This document shows positions 26,309 to 34,165 of a stretch of 50,826 nt of DNA, one piece after another. The stretch is from Euryarchaeota archaeon RBG_19FT_COMBO_69_17 (GTDB taxonomy: Archaea > Thermoplasmatota > Thermoplasmata > RBG-16-68-12), in contig MGWD01000027.1 of NCBI GenBank assembly GCA_001800825.1, positions 13,015 to 63,840 of the forward strand, written 5' to 3'. The notes beneath the pieces are model-generated. The model searched no databases. It saw only the letters and a list, made by a program, of their open reading frames with translations, and was not told the DNA's origin. How positions within the stretch are numbered: position 1 is the stretch's first letter; each line of letters opens with the position of its first letter. Made by a program: the position numbers and the translations under genes.

Positions 26309-26769
26309 GGGGTCCCTCCCTGGATCGCGGCGACCGCGCGGAGCGCCTCCCTCTCGTGGGCTTTCGGGTCGACCTTCTGGAACGCCGCGCGGATCGTCCC
26401 CTCCGGCCCGATCACGTACGTGACCCGCTTCGCGACCCCGAGCAGGCCAAGGGCGTTGTACCTTCGGCTAAGCTCCTTCGTCGGATCCGCGAGGAGGGGG
26501 AAGTTGAGGGCGTATTTGTCCCGGAACTCGCGGTGGGACGCCTCGTCCTGCGTGCTCACGCCGAACACGAGGGCCCCCGCGGACCGGAACGCCTCGATCC
26601 GGTCCCGGAACGCGCACGCCTCGCGGGTGCAACCCGGGGTGTCGTCCGCGGGATAGAAGTACAGGACCACGGGGCGGCCCCGGAGGTCCTCGAGCCGGAC
26701 CGGGTTCCCGTCCTGGTCCCTCGCCGTGAAGTCGGGCGCCACGGTCCCCGGCGCAAGGAGGCTCGCCAT
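26305..26769 (-). CDS. bcp: peroxiredoxin Bcp/PrxQ
   Basis: It has FYPADDTPGCTREAC, with peroxidatic and resolving Cys residues 5 positions apart. Confidence 0.9.
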   Translation of the reverse strand: MASLLAPGTVAPDFTARDQDGNPVRLEDLRGRPVVLYFYPADDTPGCTREACAFRDRIEAFRSAGALVFGVSTQDEASHREFRDKYALNFPLLADPTKELSRRYNALGLLGVAKRVTYVIGPEGTIRAAFQKVDPKAHEREALRAVAAIQGGTP

Positions 26770-26770
26770 T

Positions 26771-26788
26771 GTTTCGGCCCCCCGAAAC
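26771..26788. promoter_or_regulatory. perfect palindrome GTTTCGG-CCCC-CCGAAAC abutting the bcp start codon
   Basis: 7-bp arms with a 4-nt spacer. It lies 2 nt upstream of the bcp ATG and downstream of the TATA-like box. The same core recurs at 46979-46994. Confidence 0.45.
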
Positions 26789-26796
26789 GAGCGTCC

Positions 26797-26805
26797 GATT
26801 TGAAC
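26797..26805 (-). promoter_or_regulatory. TATA-like box for bcp
   Basis: The minus strand reads GTTCAAATC, centred about 32 nt upstream of the ATG at 26769. Confidence 0.3.
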
Positions 26806-26891
26806 GTTCCACCCTTGCGGGCTGTCATCGTTTAGCTTACATAGCAGTCTGACTTGACTCGTTTTTCATCTGTTTACATAACTTCGAGAGC

Positions 26892-26905
26892 AATAAGTTA
26901 AGATA
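26892..26905 (+). promoter_or_regulatory. TATA-like box for the AsnRS-like gene
   Basis: AATAAGTTAAGATA, centred about 31 nt upstream of the ATG at 26930. Confidence 0.4.
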
Positions 26906-26929
26906 CTCCCAGGCGAATGGGTTGGCCCC

Positions 26930-27922
26930 ATGGCCGGCCCGGTTCGTATCCCGCCCGCGGAGGCGCTCCAGCGCTCGTACCTCACGGTCCGGGACCCGCG
27001 GATGCAGCGCGTCCTGCGCGTTCAGGCGGCCCTCGGCATGACGATCCGGGAGTACCTGAACGGCCACGGATTCGTCGAGCTCCTGCCGCCGATCATCGGG
27101 CCCGTCGCGGACCCCGGGCTCCGCGGGGCGAAGCAGGCGACGATCAACTTCTACGGCCGCGAGTACAAGGTCATGTCGAGCGCGATCCTGTACAAGCAGA
27201 TGATGGCCGCCTCCCTCGGGAAGATCTACTTCTTCTCCCCGAACGTGCGACTGGAGCCCCTCGAGACCGCGACGACGGGGCGGCATCTCGCGGAGTTCGT
27301 CCAGGTCGACATCGAGGAGGCCGGGGCGACATACGAGGACGCGATGGCCCGCGCGGAGGACCTCGTGAGGACCGTGATCGCCCATGCGAGGGGGGCTCTC
27401 GGGGACGACCTCGTGGCGTTCGCCCGCCGCCTGAACGGCGGGTCCCGCCCCTTCCGTCGCCTCCTCTACTCGGAGGCCGTCGGCCTCCTGAAGGAGCACG
27501 GCCGCGAGGTCCCCTACGGGGTCGAGATCCCCTGGGAGCACGAGGAGTTCCTCTCGACCCTGTTCGAGGAGCCCTTCTTCATCCACGACTACCCGCGGGG
27601 CTCCCGCGGCTTCTACGACCGGGAGGACCCCGCGAAGCCGGGGATCCTGCGGGACTTCGACCTCCTCTATCCCGAAGGATACGGGGAGGCGATCAGCGGC
27701 GCGGAGCGGGAGCACGAGTACGCGAAGGTCATCGCCCGCCTCCGGGAGACGGGGGAGAACCCCTCGAAGTACGGCTGGTACATCGACATGCTCCGGGAGG
27801 GGATCCCGCCGTCCTCGGGCTTCGGGATCGGGATCGAGCGCCTCACGCGGTACGTGTGCGGCCTCCGGTCGATCTGGGAGGCCCGGCCGTACCCGAAGGT
27901 CCCGGGCGTCTTCAGCCCGTAG
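26930..27922 (+). CDS. class-II aaRS catalytic-core paralog without anticodon-binding domain (archaeal AsnRS-like asparagine synthetase A type)
   Basis: 330 aa. Class II motif 3 is GFGIGIERL, and there is an Asp/AsnRS-like core (FFSPNVRLE, HLAEFVQVDIE). There is no OB-fold N-domain. Confidence 0.8.
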   Translation: MAGPVRIPPAEALQRSYLTVRDPRMQRVLRVQAALGMTIREYLNGHGFVELLPPIIGPVADPGLRGAKQATINFYGREYKVMSSAILYKQMMAASLGKIYFFSPNVRLEPLETATTGRHLAEFVQVDIEEAGATYEDAMARAEDLVRTVIAHARGALGDDLVAFARRLNGGSRPFRRLLYSEAVGLLKEHGREVPYGVEIPWEHEEFLSTLFEEPFFIHDYPRGSRGFYDREDPAKPGILRDFDLLYPEGYGEAISGAEREHEYAKVIARLRETGENPSKYGWYIDMLREGIPPSSGFGIGIERLTRYVCGLRSIWEARPYPKVPGVFSP

Positions 27923-27934
27923 GCGGTCCGAGCG

Positions 27935-29305
27935 ATGAGCGAGCCCCTCACGAAGCTCTTCATGAAGGTCGCGTCCGTCCGGTCCGCGGCGGCCGCGGGG
28001 CGGAGCTTCCTCGAGTCGTACCCCGTGGACGAGATCATCCAGAAGGCGAAGCACGGGCGGGACGCCCTCTACCCCTTCTCCGACCTCGACGAGTACGGGC
28101 GCGCCCTCCTCGGGGCGGACATCGGTCTCAAGCAGCTCACGCGGTTCGCGACCCTCGACCAGCTCGTCCTCCTCCCGCCCATCTTCACCCCGAAGCGCCT
28201 CGAAAAGCTCACGGAGCTGGGCCGGGAGCCGTACTTCAGCGACGTCGACCTCGAGACGACGATCGGCGGCTTCCGCTCGCGGATGCCCGTCACGATGGCG
28301 TCCATGGGCTCGACGGAGGTCGCCCACGGGGCGAGCGCCCAGCTCGGCCGAGGGGCCGCGGAGGCGGGGATCCCGATCGGCCTCGGGGAGAACATCGCGA
28401 CCGTGTGGGGATACGAGCGGCGGTCGAAGGCCTCCATGCCCTCCTTCAAGCAGCGCCTCTTCGCGTACCTCGAGCACCTCGACGGGACCCACGGCGGCGC
28501 GGTGATCCAGCAGAGCGTGGAGGACGCCTCCGACGAGCTCTGGAACAAGGTGTACACGGACCCCGACGTGGAGCCGTACTTCAAGAAGGGTCTCGTCGCG
28601 TTCGAGGTCAAGCTCGGGCAGGGCGCGAAGCCCGGGCTCGGGGGCGAGACGAAGGTGCCCCGGGACGTCGCGCGATCCCTCAAGGGGACGTACTACTTCC
28701 CCGACGACCCCGAGCGTGTGGATCGGGAGATGTACGAGCGGCACAGCGCCCCCGGGACTTTCACGGAGGACATCCTGCGGGGCCAGTTGCGCTCCCTCCG
28801 GAACAACTTCCCGCGCGCGAGGATCTGGATCAAGGCGGGTCCGTTCCGAGACCTCCTCCCCGTCTTCCGCGTCGCGTGGCAGGAGCGGATCGACGCCGTC
28901 CTCGCGGACGGCAAGGAGGGCGGCACGGGGATGAGCCCCGTGATCGCGCTCAAGGACCTCGGCCTGCCGACCCTCGCGTGCCTCACGCGGATCAGCGACG
29001 CGCGGACGGAGGGGCTGCCCCTCTCCTTCGTCCTCTCGGGCCGCCTCTACGACGGCGGGCACGTCGTGAAGGCCCTTGCCCTCGGGGCGAGCGCGTGCGC
29101 CTTCGGACGTCCGTTCGTCGTCGCGGCGGGGGTCGCGGGCGCGAAGGGCGTGCGGAACTTCCTCGAGGCCACGGAGGTCGAGATGCGGATGCTCGTCTCC
29201 GCCCTGGGGAAGTACCGCTTGGCCGACGTCTCCCGGGAGGACGTCGGGTCCCTGGACCGGCACCTCGCGGACGCCCTCAACATCCCGTATGTGTACGCGG
29301 GCTGA
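27935..29305 (+). CDS. FMN-binding glutamate-synthase-family protein (GltB central domain only)
   Basis: It has KLGQGAKPGLGGE and ADGKEGGTG, characteristic of the Glu_synthase FMN domain. There is no amidotransferase domain and no GXGXG domain. Confidence 0.8.
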   Translation: MSEPLTKLFMKVASVRSAAAAGRSFLESYPVDEIIQKAKHGRDALYPFSDLDEYGRALLGADIGLKQLTRFATLDQLVLLPPIFTPKRLEKLTELGREPYFSDVDLETTIGGFRSRMPVTMASMGSTEVAHGASAQLGRGAAEAGIPIGLGENIATVWGYERRSKASMPSFKQRLFAYLEHLDGTHGGAVIQQSVEDASDELWNKVYTDPDVEPYFKKGLVAFEVKLGQGAKPGLGGETKVPRDVARSLKGTYYFPDDPERVDREMYERHSAPGTFTEDILRGQLRSLRNNFPRARIWIKAGPFRDLLPVFRVAWQERIDAVLADGKEGGTGMSPVIALKDLGLPTLACLTRISDARTEGLPLSFVLSGRLYDGGHVVKALALGASACAFGRPFVVAAGVAGAKGVRNFLEATEVEMRMLVSALGKYRLADVSREDVGSLDRHLADALNIPYVYAG

Positions 29306-29310
29306 AGCCC

Positions 29311-30438
29311 TCACGCGCCCCCGACGATGCCCGCCTCGACGCTCTGGATCTGGGGGAGGAACTCCGCGAGGAGTTGCCACGAGTCGCCTTCGTCCCGGCT
29401 GTGATACAGCTGCCCCGTCGTCGTGCCCACGTACACCCCGGCGGGGTCGCCCCCGTCCGTCCGCATCCCGTCCCGGAGGACCGTGAACCACGCGTCTTTC
29501 TGGGGGAGGCCCTTCGTGAGCTTCTGCCACCGCTTCCCGCCGTCCGTCGTCCGGTAGACGGCCATCTTCCCGTCCGCGGTCACCCGGTTGTAGTCCCCGA
29601 CGAGGGGGACCGCGTAGACCGTGCCCGCGTCGTGGGGGTGGGCCGCGAGGGGGAACCCGAACGTCCCGCCCGTGCTCTTGGACCGCGGGAGGCCTGCCTC
29701 GATAATCTGCCACTGGGGGTCCCCGCGCCTCCTCCTGTGCATCCCCGCGTGATTCTGCTGGTACACGATCGCGGGGTCCCTCGGGTCCCGGACCATCTTG
29801 TGGACGCACGAGCTGAGGTCCTCGCGCTCGAAGACCTCCTGCTTCCCGTACGCGCGGATGCCGGCGTCGTACATCCGCCAGGACTTCCCGCGGTCGTTCG
29901 TTGCGAACACGCCCGCGGCGGAGATCCCGACGAGCATGCGCTTGGGGTCCTTCGGGTACGGGAGGATCGTATGGAGGCAGAGCCCGCCGTTCCCCGGGTC
30001 CCACTTGTCCCGCCCGGGGAACGCGTTGAGCCCTTCGAGGGACGTCCACGTCTCCCCCTCGTCCTCGCTCCGGAAGATGCCCGCGGGCTCGACCCCGGCG
30101 TACAGGCCGCGGTCGACCCCGGGCTGGAGCTGCCAGATCCGCGTGACGCTGAGCCCGGATTCCTTCGAGAACCGCGGGCCCTCCTTGCCCTCCTTCCACG
30201 TCCCCCCGAAGTCCTTCGTCCGCGCGACGGTCGCGCCCCAGTGCTCGCTCGTGATCCCCGCGTAGACCGTGCGGCCGTCCGTCGGGTCCAGGAGGGCGTG
30301 CCGGATCGTCGTCCCTTCGAAGTACGGTCCTTTCGAGGACCACGTCTTCCGGTCCCGCGACGAGAACAGGAACAGTCCCTTTCGAGTCCCCACGGTCACG
30401 ACCGTGTCGCCCTTCTTCACCGCTACCATGTCAACCAC
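29311..30438 (-). CDS. cytoplasmic BNR/Asp-box repeat beta-propeller protein
   Basis: It has five Asp-boxes (TKDFGGTW, SEDEGETW, TNDRGKSW, TTDGGKRW, SRDEGDSW) and no signal peptide. The start is GTG 30438 or ATG 30429. Confidence 0.75.
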   Translation of the reverse strand: MVDMVAVKKGDTVVTVGTRKGLFLFSSRDRKTWSSKGPYFEGTTIRHALLDPTDGRTVYAGITSEHWGATVARTKDFGGTWKEGKEGPRFSKESGLSVTRIWQLQPGVDRGLYAGVEPAGIFRSEDEGETWTSLEGLNAFPGRDKWDPGNGGLCLHTILPYPKDPKRMLVGISAAGVFATNDRGKSWRMYDAGIRAYGKQEVFEREDLSSCVHKMVRDPRDPAIVYQQNHAGMHRRRRGDPQWQIIEAGLPRSKSTGGTFGFPLAAHPHDAGTVYAVPLVGDYNRVTADGKMAVYRTTDGGKRWQKLTKGLPQKDAWFTVLRDGMRTDGGDPAGVYVGTTTGQLYHSRDEGDSWQLLAEFLPQIQSVEAGIVGGA

Positions 30439-30721
30439 CCGCGACGGAGGGGAGGATCGTGACCGTGTCCCCGCGCCGCAGACGCACGTCGTGCGGGTCC
30501 ATGTGGCTCACGGGATCGTCGTTCACGTACGCGTTCACGTACCTCCGGAGGCGCCCCTGGTCGTCGAGGATCCGGTATCCCAGGCCCGGGTAGCGCGAGG
30601 CGAGCCCCGCGATCGCCTGGGCCAGGGTCTCCGCCTCGACGTCCACGAGGTCCTCCCCGCGCGTGAACTCCCGGAGCGCGTACGGGACGGAAACGTGGAT
30701 TCGAGCGACCCCCTCCGTCAT
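30431..30721 (-). CDS. MoaD/ThiS-family ubiquitin-like beta-grasp protein with C-terminal Gly-Gly
   Basis: 96 aa from the ATG at 30721. It ends ...GDTVTILPSVAGG-stop. The stop is within 1 nt of, or overlaps, the BNR gene start. Confidence 0.75.
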   Translation of the reverse strand: MTEGVARIHVSVPYALREFTRGEDLVDVEAETLAQAIAGLASRYPGLGYRILDDQGRLRRYVNAYVNDDPVSHMDPHDVRLRRGDTVTILPSVAGG

Positions 30722-30782
30722 GGACCCCGCCGATGTCGGAGCTCGCATTTCAACTTTCACCCGGCGTGGGCGGACGCGCGGT

Positions 30783-32348
30783 TCAGGACCGTAGGATCTC
30801 CCGGGCTGCATTGTAGCCCGGCGCGCCCGTGACCCCGCCGCCGGGGTGGGCCCCCGAGCCGCACAGCCAGAGGCCGTCGATCGGGGTCCTGTACCGCCCC
30901 CATCCCGGGACGGGGCGGAGGAGGAACTGCTGGTCGAGGCTCATCTCCCCATGGTACACGTGCCCGCCCGTGAGGCCGAAGCGGGCCTCGAGGTCCGGCG
31001 GCGTGAGGATCTCCCGCCCGACGATCGAAGGCCGCAGGCCGGGGAACGCCTCCTCGAGGCGGTCGAGGACCTTCTCCCCGAGCTTCTCCCGGGCCTTGTC
31101 CCAGTCCCCCCGCCGCAGGCCGTACGGCGTGTACTGGACGAGGACGCCCATCACGTGCTTCCCGGGCGGCGCGAGTCCCGAATCCTCGAGGGTCGGCAGG
31201 ATGACGTCGAGGACGGGCTCGTCGGACGCCCTGCCGTACTTCGCGTCGTCGTACGCCCGCTCGACGTAGTCGAGGGAGGGCGCGAGGCGCGTGTGGACGG
31301 GCGGCCGCCCGTCCGCCGCGGGCGCGAACCGAGGGAGGGCGTCGAGGGCGAGGTTCATCTTCGTGAGGACGCCCGTCGCGCGGTACGCGCGGATTGCGGA
31401 GACGAAGGAGGGCTCGAGCTCCGCGGGGTCCACGAGCCGGAGGAACGTCCGCTGGGGGTCCGCGTTGCTCGCGACGGCCCGTGCGGGGACCCGCTCCCCG
31501 GAGGCGAGCTCGACGCCCACGGCCCGCCCGTCCTCCACGAGGATCCGCCGGACCTCTGCGTCCGTCCGGATCGTCGCGCCGGAGGCCCGGGCCGCGTCCG
31601 CGAGGGCGGCCGCGAGCTGTCCCATCCCCCCGCGCACGAGGGCCCATGAGCCGCCGTTGACGTACGCGAGGGCGCCGTGGAGGAGCCCGAACGCGGTCCC
31701 CGGGGACCGCGGCCCGCGGAACGATCCCAGGAGGGCGCCGAACGCGAGGGTCGCCCGGAGGAGGTCCGTCTCGAACCACTCCCTCAGAAGCTGGTGCAGG
31801 CTCATGGGCGGGAGCCGGAGCGCCTGCCCCATCGCGTCCTTCCCGAGCTTCCGGAGGCGTAGGGCGCGCCGGAGGAAGAAGGCCTGCTCGCCGAGGCCCA
31901 CCCCCGAGAGATCCGGGGGCGTCCGCAGGAGGAGAGGGTCCATGACGGCCGCGAGCTGGACGAGCATCTTGAGGAAGCGCGGGTACGCGGCCGCGTCGGC
32001 CGCGGAATGGGTCCGGAGTCCCTCCGCGGTCCGGGGGAGGTCCCGGAAGAGCGTGAGGGTGTCCCCGTCGTCCCCGAGGGCCACGAGCTCCGGGTCCACG
32101 GGGATCAGCCCGAGGCCGCGGGCCGCGAGCCCGAGGTCCCGGACGATCTCGGGCCGCAGGAGGCCGCAGAAGTCGGCGGCCGTCGAGGCCCGGAAGCCCG
32201 GCGCGATCTCCTCCGTCGCGGCGGCCCCGCCGACCTGGGACCGGCGTTCGAGGACCACGACCCGGCGGCCCGCCCTCGCGAGGTACGCGGCGGCCACGAG
32301 GCCGTTGTGCCCGCCCCCGACGATGGCCACGTCCCAGGCGTCCGCCAT
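30783..32348 (-). CDS. phytoene-desaturase-related (COG1233, PYROXD2-like) FAD/NAD(P) oxidoreductase, paralog 1
   Basis: It has WDVAIVGGGHNGLVAAAYLARAG...LERR...GGAA.TEE..PGF and the C-terminal LRPVPGW..YRTPI.GLWLCGSGAHPGGGV. Confidence 0.85.
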   Translation of the reverse strand: MADAWDVAIVGGGHNGLVAAAYLARAGRRVVVLERRSQVGGAAATEEIAPGFRASTAADFCGLLRPEIVRDLGLAARGLGLIPVDPELVALGDDGDTLTLFRDLPRTAEGLRTHSAADAAAYPRFLKMLVQLAAVMDPLLLRTPPDLSGVGLGEQAFFLRRALRLRKLGKDAMGQALRLPPMSLHQLLREWFETDLLRATLAFGALLGSFRGPRSPGTAFGLLHGALAYVNGGSWALVRGGMGQLAAALADAARASGATIRTDAEVRRILVEDGRAVGVELASGERVPARAVASNADPQRTFLRLVDPAELEPSFVSAIRAYRATGVLTKMNLALDALPRFAPAADGRPPVHTRLAPSLDYVERAYDDAKYGRASDEPVLDVILPTLEDSGLAPPGKHVMGVLVQYTPYGLRRGDWDKAREKLGEKVLDRLEEAFPGLRPSIVGREILTPPDLEARFGLTGGHVYHGEMSLDQQFLLRPVPGWGRYRTPIDGLWLCGSGAHPGGGVTGAPGYNAAREILRS

Positions 32349-32351
32349 GGA

Positions 32352-33950
32352 TCACGGCCTCCCGAGGCCCCAGTCCCGCAGGATCTCCCGGGCCGCGTTG
32401 TACCCGGGCGCCCCCATGACCCCCCCGCCCGGATGGGCACCCGAGCCGCATAGGTACAGCCCCTTGACGGGCGTGCGGTACTGGGACCACCCGGGCACGG
32501 GCCGCAGGAAGAAGAGCTGGTTCGGCCACAGCTCCCCCTGGAAGATGTTGCCGCCCGTGAGGCCGAACTCCTGCTCGAGGTCCCAGGGGGTGAGGACCTG
32601 CCGGTGGAGGATCGCCTTGGGCAGGTTCGGGGCGTACTCCGCGAGGGTCTCGACGACCGCGTCGCCGAACTCCTCCCGCCGCTCCTCCCACGTCCCCTTC
32701 CTCAACGTGTACGGCGCGTATTGGACGAAGATCGACATGACGTGCTTCCCGGGCGGGGCCATCCCGGGGTCCAGGGTCGACGGGAGGAGGCAGTCGAGGT
32801 ACGGGCGCTTCGAGAAATCCCCGTACTTCGCGTCGTCGTACGCCTTCTCGATGTAGTCCACGCTCGGGCTGATCGAGAGGGAGCCGCGGAGGTGCTCCCC
32901 CCTCCCCGGGAGGGACGTGAACTCCGGGAGCTCCTTCAGGGCGAGGTTTACCTTCCCGGAGGAACCCTCCGTGACGTAGGCCTCGATTCCCCGCACGAAG
33001 TCCGCGGGCAGTTCGCTCCTGTCGAGGAACGCCAGGAAGGTCCGTTTGGGGTCCACGCTCGACGCGACGGCCCTCGCCTCGATCCGCGTGCCGTCCGCGA
33101 GTTCGACCCCGACGGCCCGCCCGTCCCGGGTGGCGATGCGCCGCACGTCGGCGTCCGTCCGGATGTCCACCCCATGGGCGCGGGCCGCGGACGCGATGGA
33201 CTCGCTCACCATCCCCATCCCGCCCTTCACGAACCCCCAGGCCCGGAACGCGCCGTCGACCTCGCCCATGTAGTGGTGGATCAGCACGTACGCGGTCCCC
33301 GGCGACCGCGGGCCGAGGAACGTCCCGATGATCCCGCTCGCGGACATCGTCCCTTTGAGGACGTCCGTCTCGAACCACTCGTCGAGGTAGTCTGCAGCGC
33401 TCATCGTCAGGAGGCGTGCGAAGGTCGTGAGGACCTCCTCGTCGGCCCCCTTGAAGTAGCCCAGGAGCTCGAGGAGCTTCGCGACGTTTCCCGGGCTCAG
33501 GGAGCCGATGTCCGGGGGCGTCATCCCGAGCTGGGGCTTCACGAGCCGCGCGATGCGGACCATGAGCTGGCCGAACTTCGGGTACGCCTCCGCGTCCCGC
33601 TTCGAGAACTTGGCGATCGCCCGGCGGTTCTCCTCGGAGTCCCCGCCCCGGTACAGGTACCGGCCGTCGGGCATGGGGGAGAACGTCGACTCCACGGGGA
33701 CGATCTGGTACCCGTGGACCGGGAGGTCGAGGTCCCGGATGATCTCGGGCCTCAGGAGGCTACAGACGTACGAGCACTCCGTGTACTTGAACCCGGGATA
33801 GATCTCTTCCGTGACCGCGGCGCCCCCGAGGACTTTCCGTCGCTCGAGGACGAGGACCTTCTTGCCCGCCCGGCCCAGGTACGCGGCCGTCACGAGGCCG
33901 TTGTGCCCGCCCCCGATGACGATGACGTCGTACCCGTTCCCCGGCCCCAT
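32352..33950 (-). CDS. PYROXD2-like FAD/NAD(P) oxidoreductase, paralog 2
   Basis: The start is placed at the ATG at 33950 (MGPGNGYDVIVIGGGHNGL). Its stop lies 3 nt before the paralog 1 start. It shares the same N- and C-terminal motifs. Confidence 0.85.
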   Translation of the reverse strand: MGPGNGYDVIVIGGGHNGLVTAAYLGRAGKKVLVLERRKVLGGAAVTEEIYPGFKYTECSYVCSLLRPEIIRDLDLPVHGYQIVPVESTFSPMPDGRYLYRGGDSEENRRAIAKFSKRDAEAYPKFGQLMVRIARLVKPQLGMTPPDIGSLSPGNVAKLLELLGYFKGADEEVLTTFARLLTMSAADYLDEWFETDVLKGTMSASGIIGTFLGPRSPGTAYVLIHHYMGEVDGAFRAWGFVKGGMGMVSESIASAARAHGVDIRTDADVRRIATRDGRAVGVELADGTRIEARAVASSVDPKRTFLAFLDRSELPADFVRGIEAYVTEGSSGKVNLALKELPEFTSLPGRGEHLRGSLSISPSVDYIEKAYDDAKYGDFSKRPYLDCLLPSTLDPGMAPPGKHVMSIFVQYAPYTLRKGTWEERREEFGDAVVETLAEYAPNLPKAILHRQVLTPWDLEQEFGLTGGNIFQGELWPNQLFFLRPVPGWSQYRTPVKGLYLCGSGAHPGGGVMGAPGYNAAREILRDWGLGRP

Positions 33951-34005
33951 GGACTCCTCCCCTCCTGGTCTCGCGTCTCCTCCGCCCCGCCCACCGCCAC
34001 GGAAT

Positions 34006-34022
34006 CGTTTCCGGGGGAAACG
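34006..34022. promoter_or_regulatory. palindrome CGTTTCC-GGG-GGAAACG in a divergent intergenic region
   Basis: 7-bp arms. A second palindrome, ACGCT-TT-AGCGT, lies at 34037-34048. Both fall between the divergently transcribed paralog-2 and GcvT-like genes. Confidence 0.3.
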
Positions 34023-34165
34023 AGCGGTCCCACTTAACGCTTTAGCGTCTGGGCCCCTGTACGGAGACGTCACAACGTCGAGCGCGCAAAGGTTTTATCG
34101 AACCCGCGGCATCCCGCCGCATTCGGCGCGCGCCGCGCGCCGGAGGGGAAGTCGGGAGCGAGACG

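Noticed and set aside
26797-26805. GTTCAAATC on the minus strand, which resembles a tRNA T-loop.
   Set aside because: The flanking bases cannot form a 5-bp T-stem (GAACG versus CGGAC), and no acceptor or anticodon arms can be drawn. It is more simply the TATA-like box of bcp.
26837-30462. Very long ORFs antisense to, or out of frame with, real genes. Examples are 26837..30343(-), 26917..30462(+), 6913..9549(-), 8199..10553(+), 35585..40141(+), 35520..37709(-), 37920..40781(-), 40247..43657(+) and 1670..3646(+).
   Set aside because: Their translations are monotonous Arg/Pro/Gly/Asp-rich strings without motifs. They overlap ORFs with clear family signatures on the other strand or frame. Stop-poor alternative frames are expected in GC-rich DNA.
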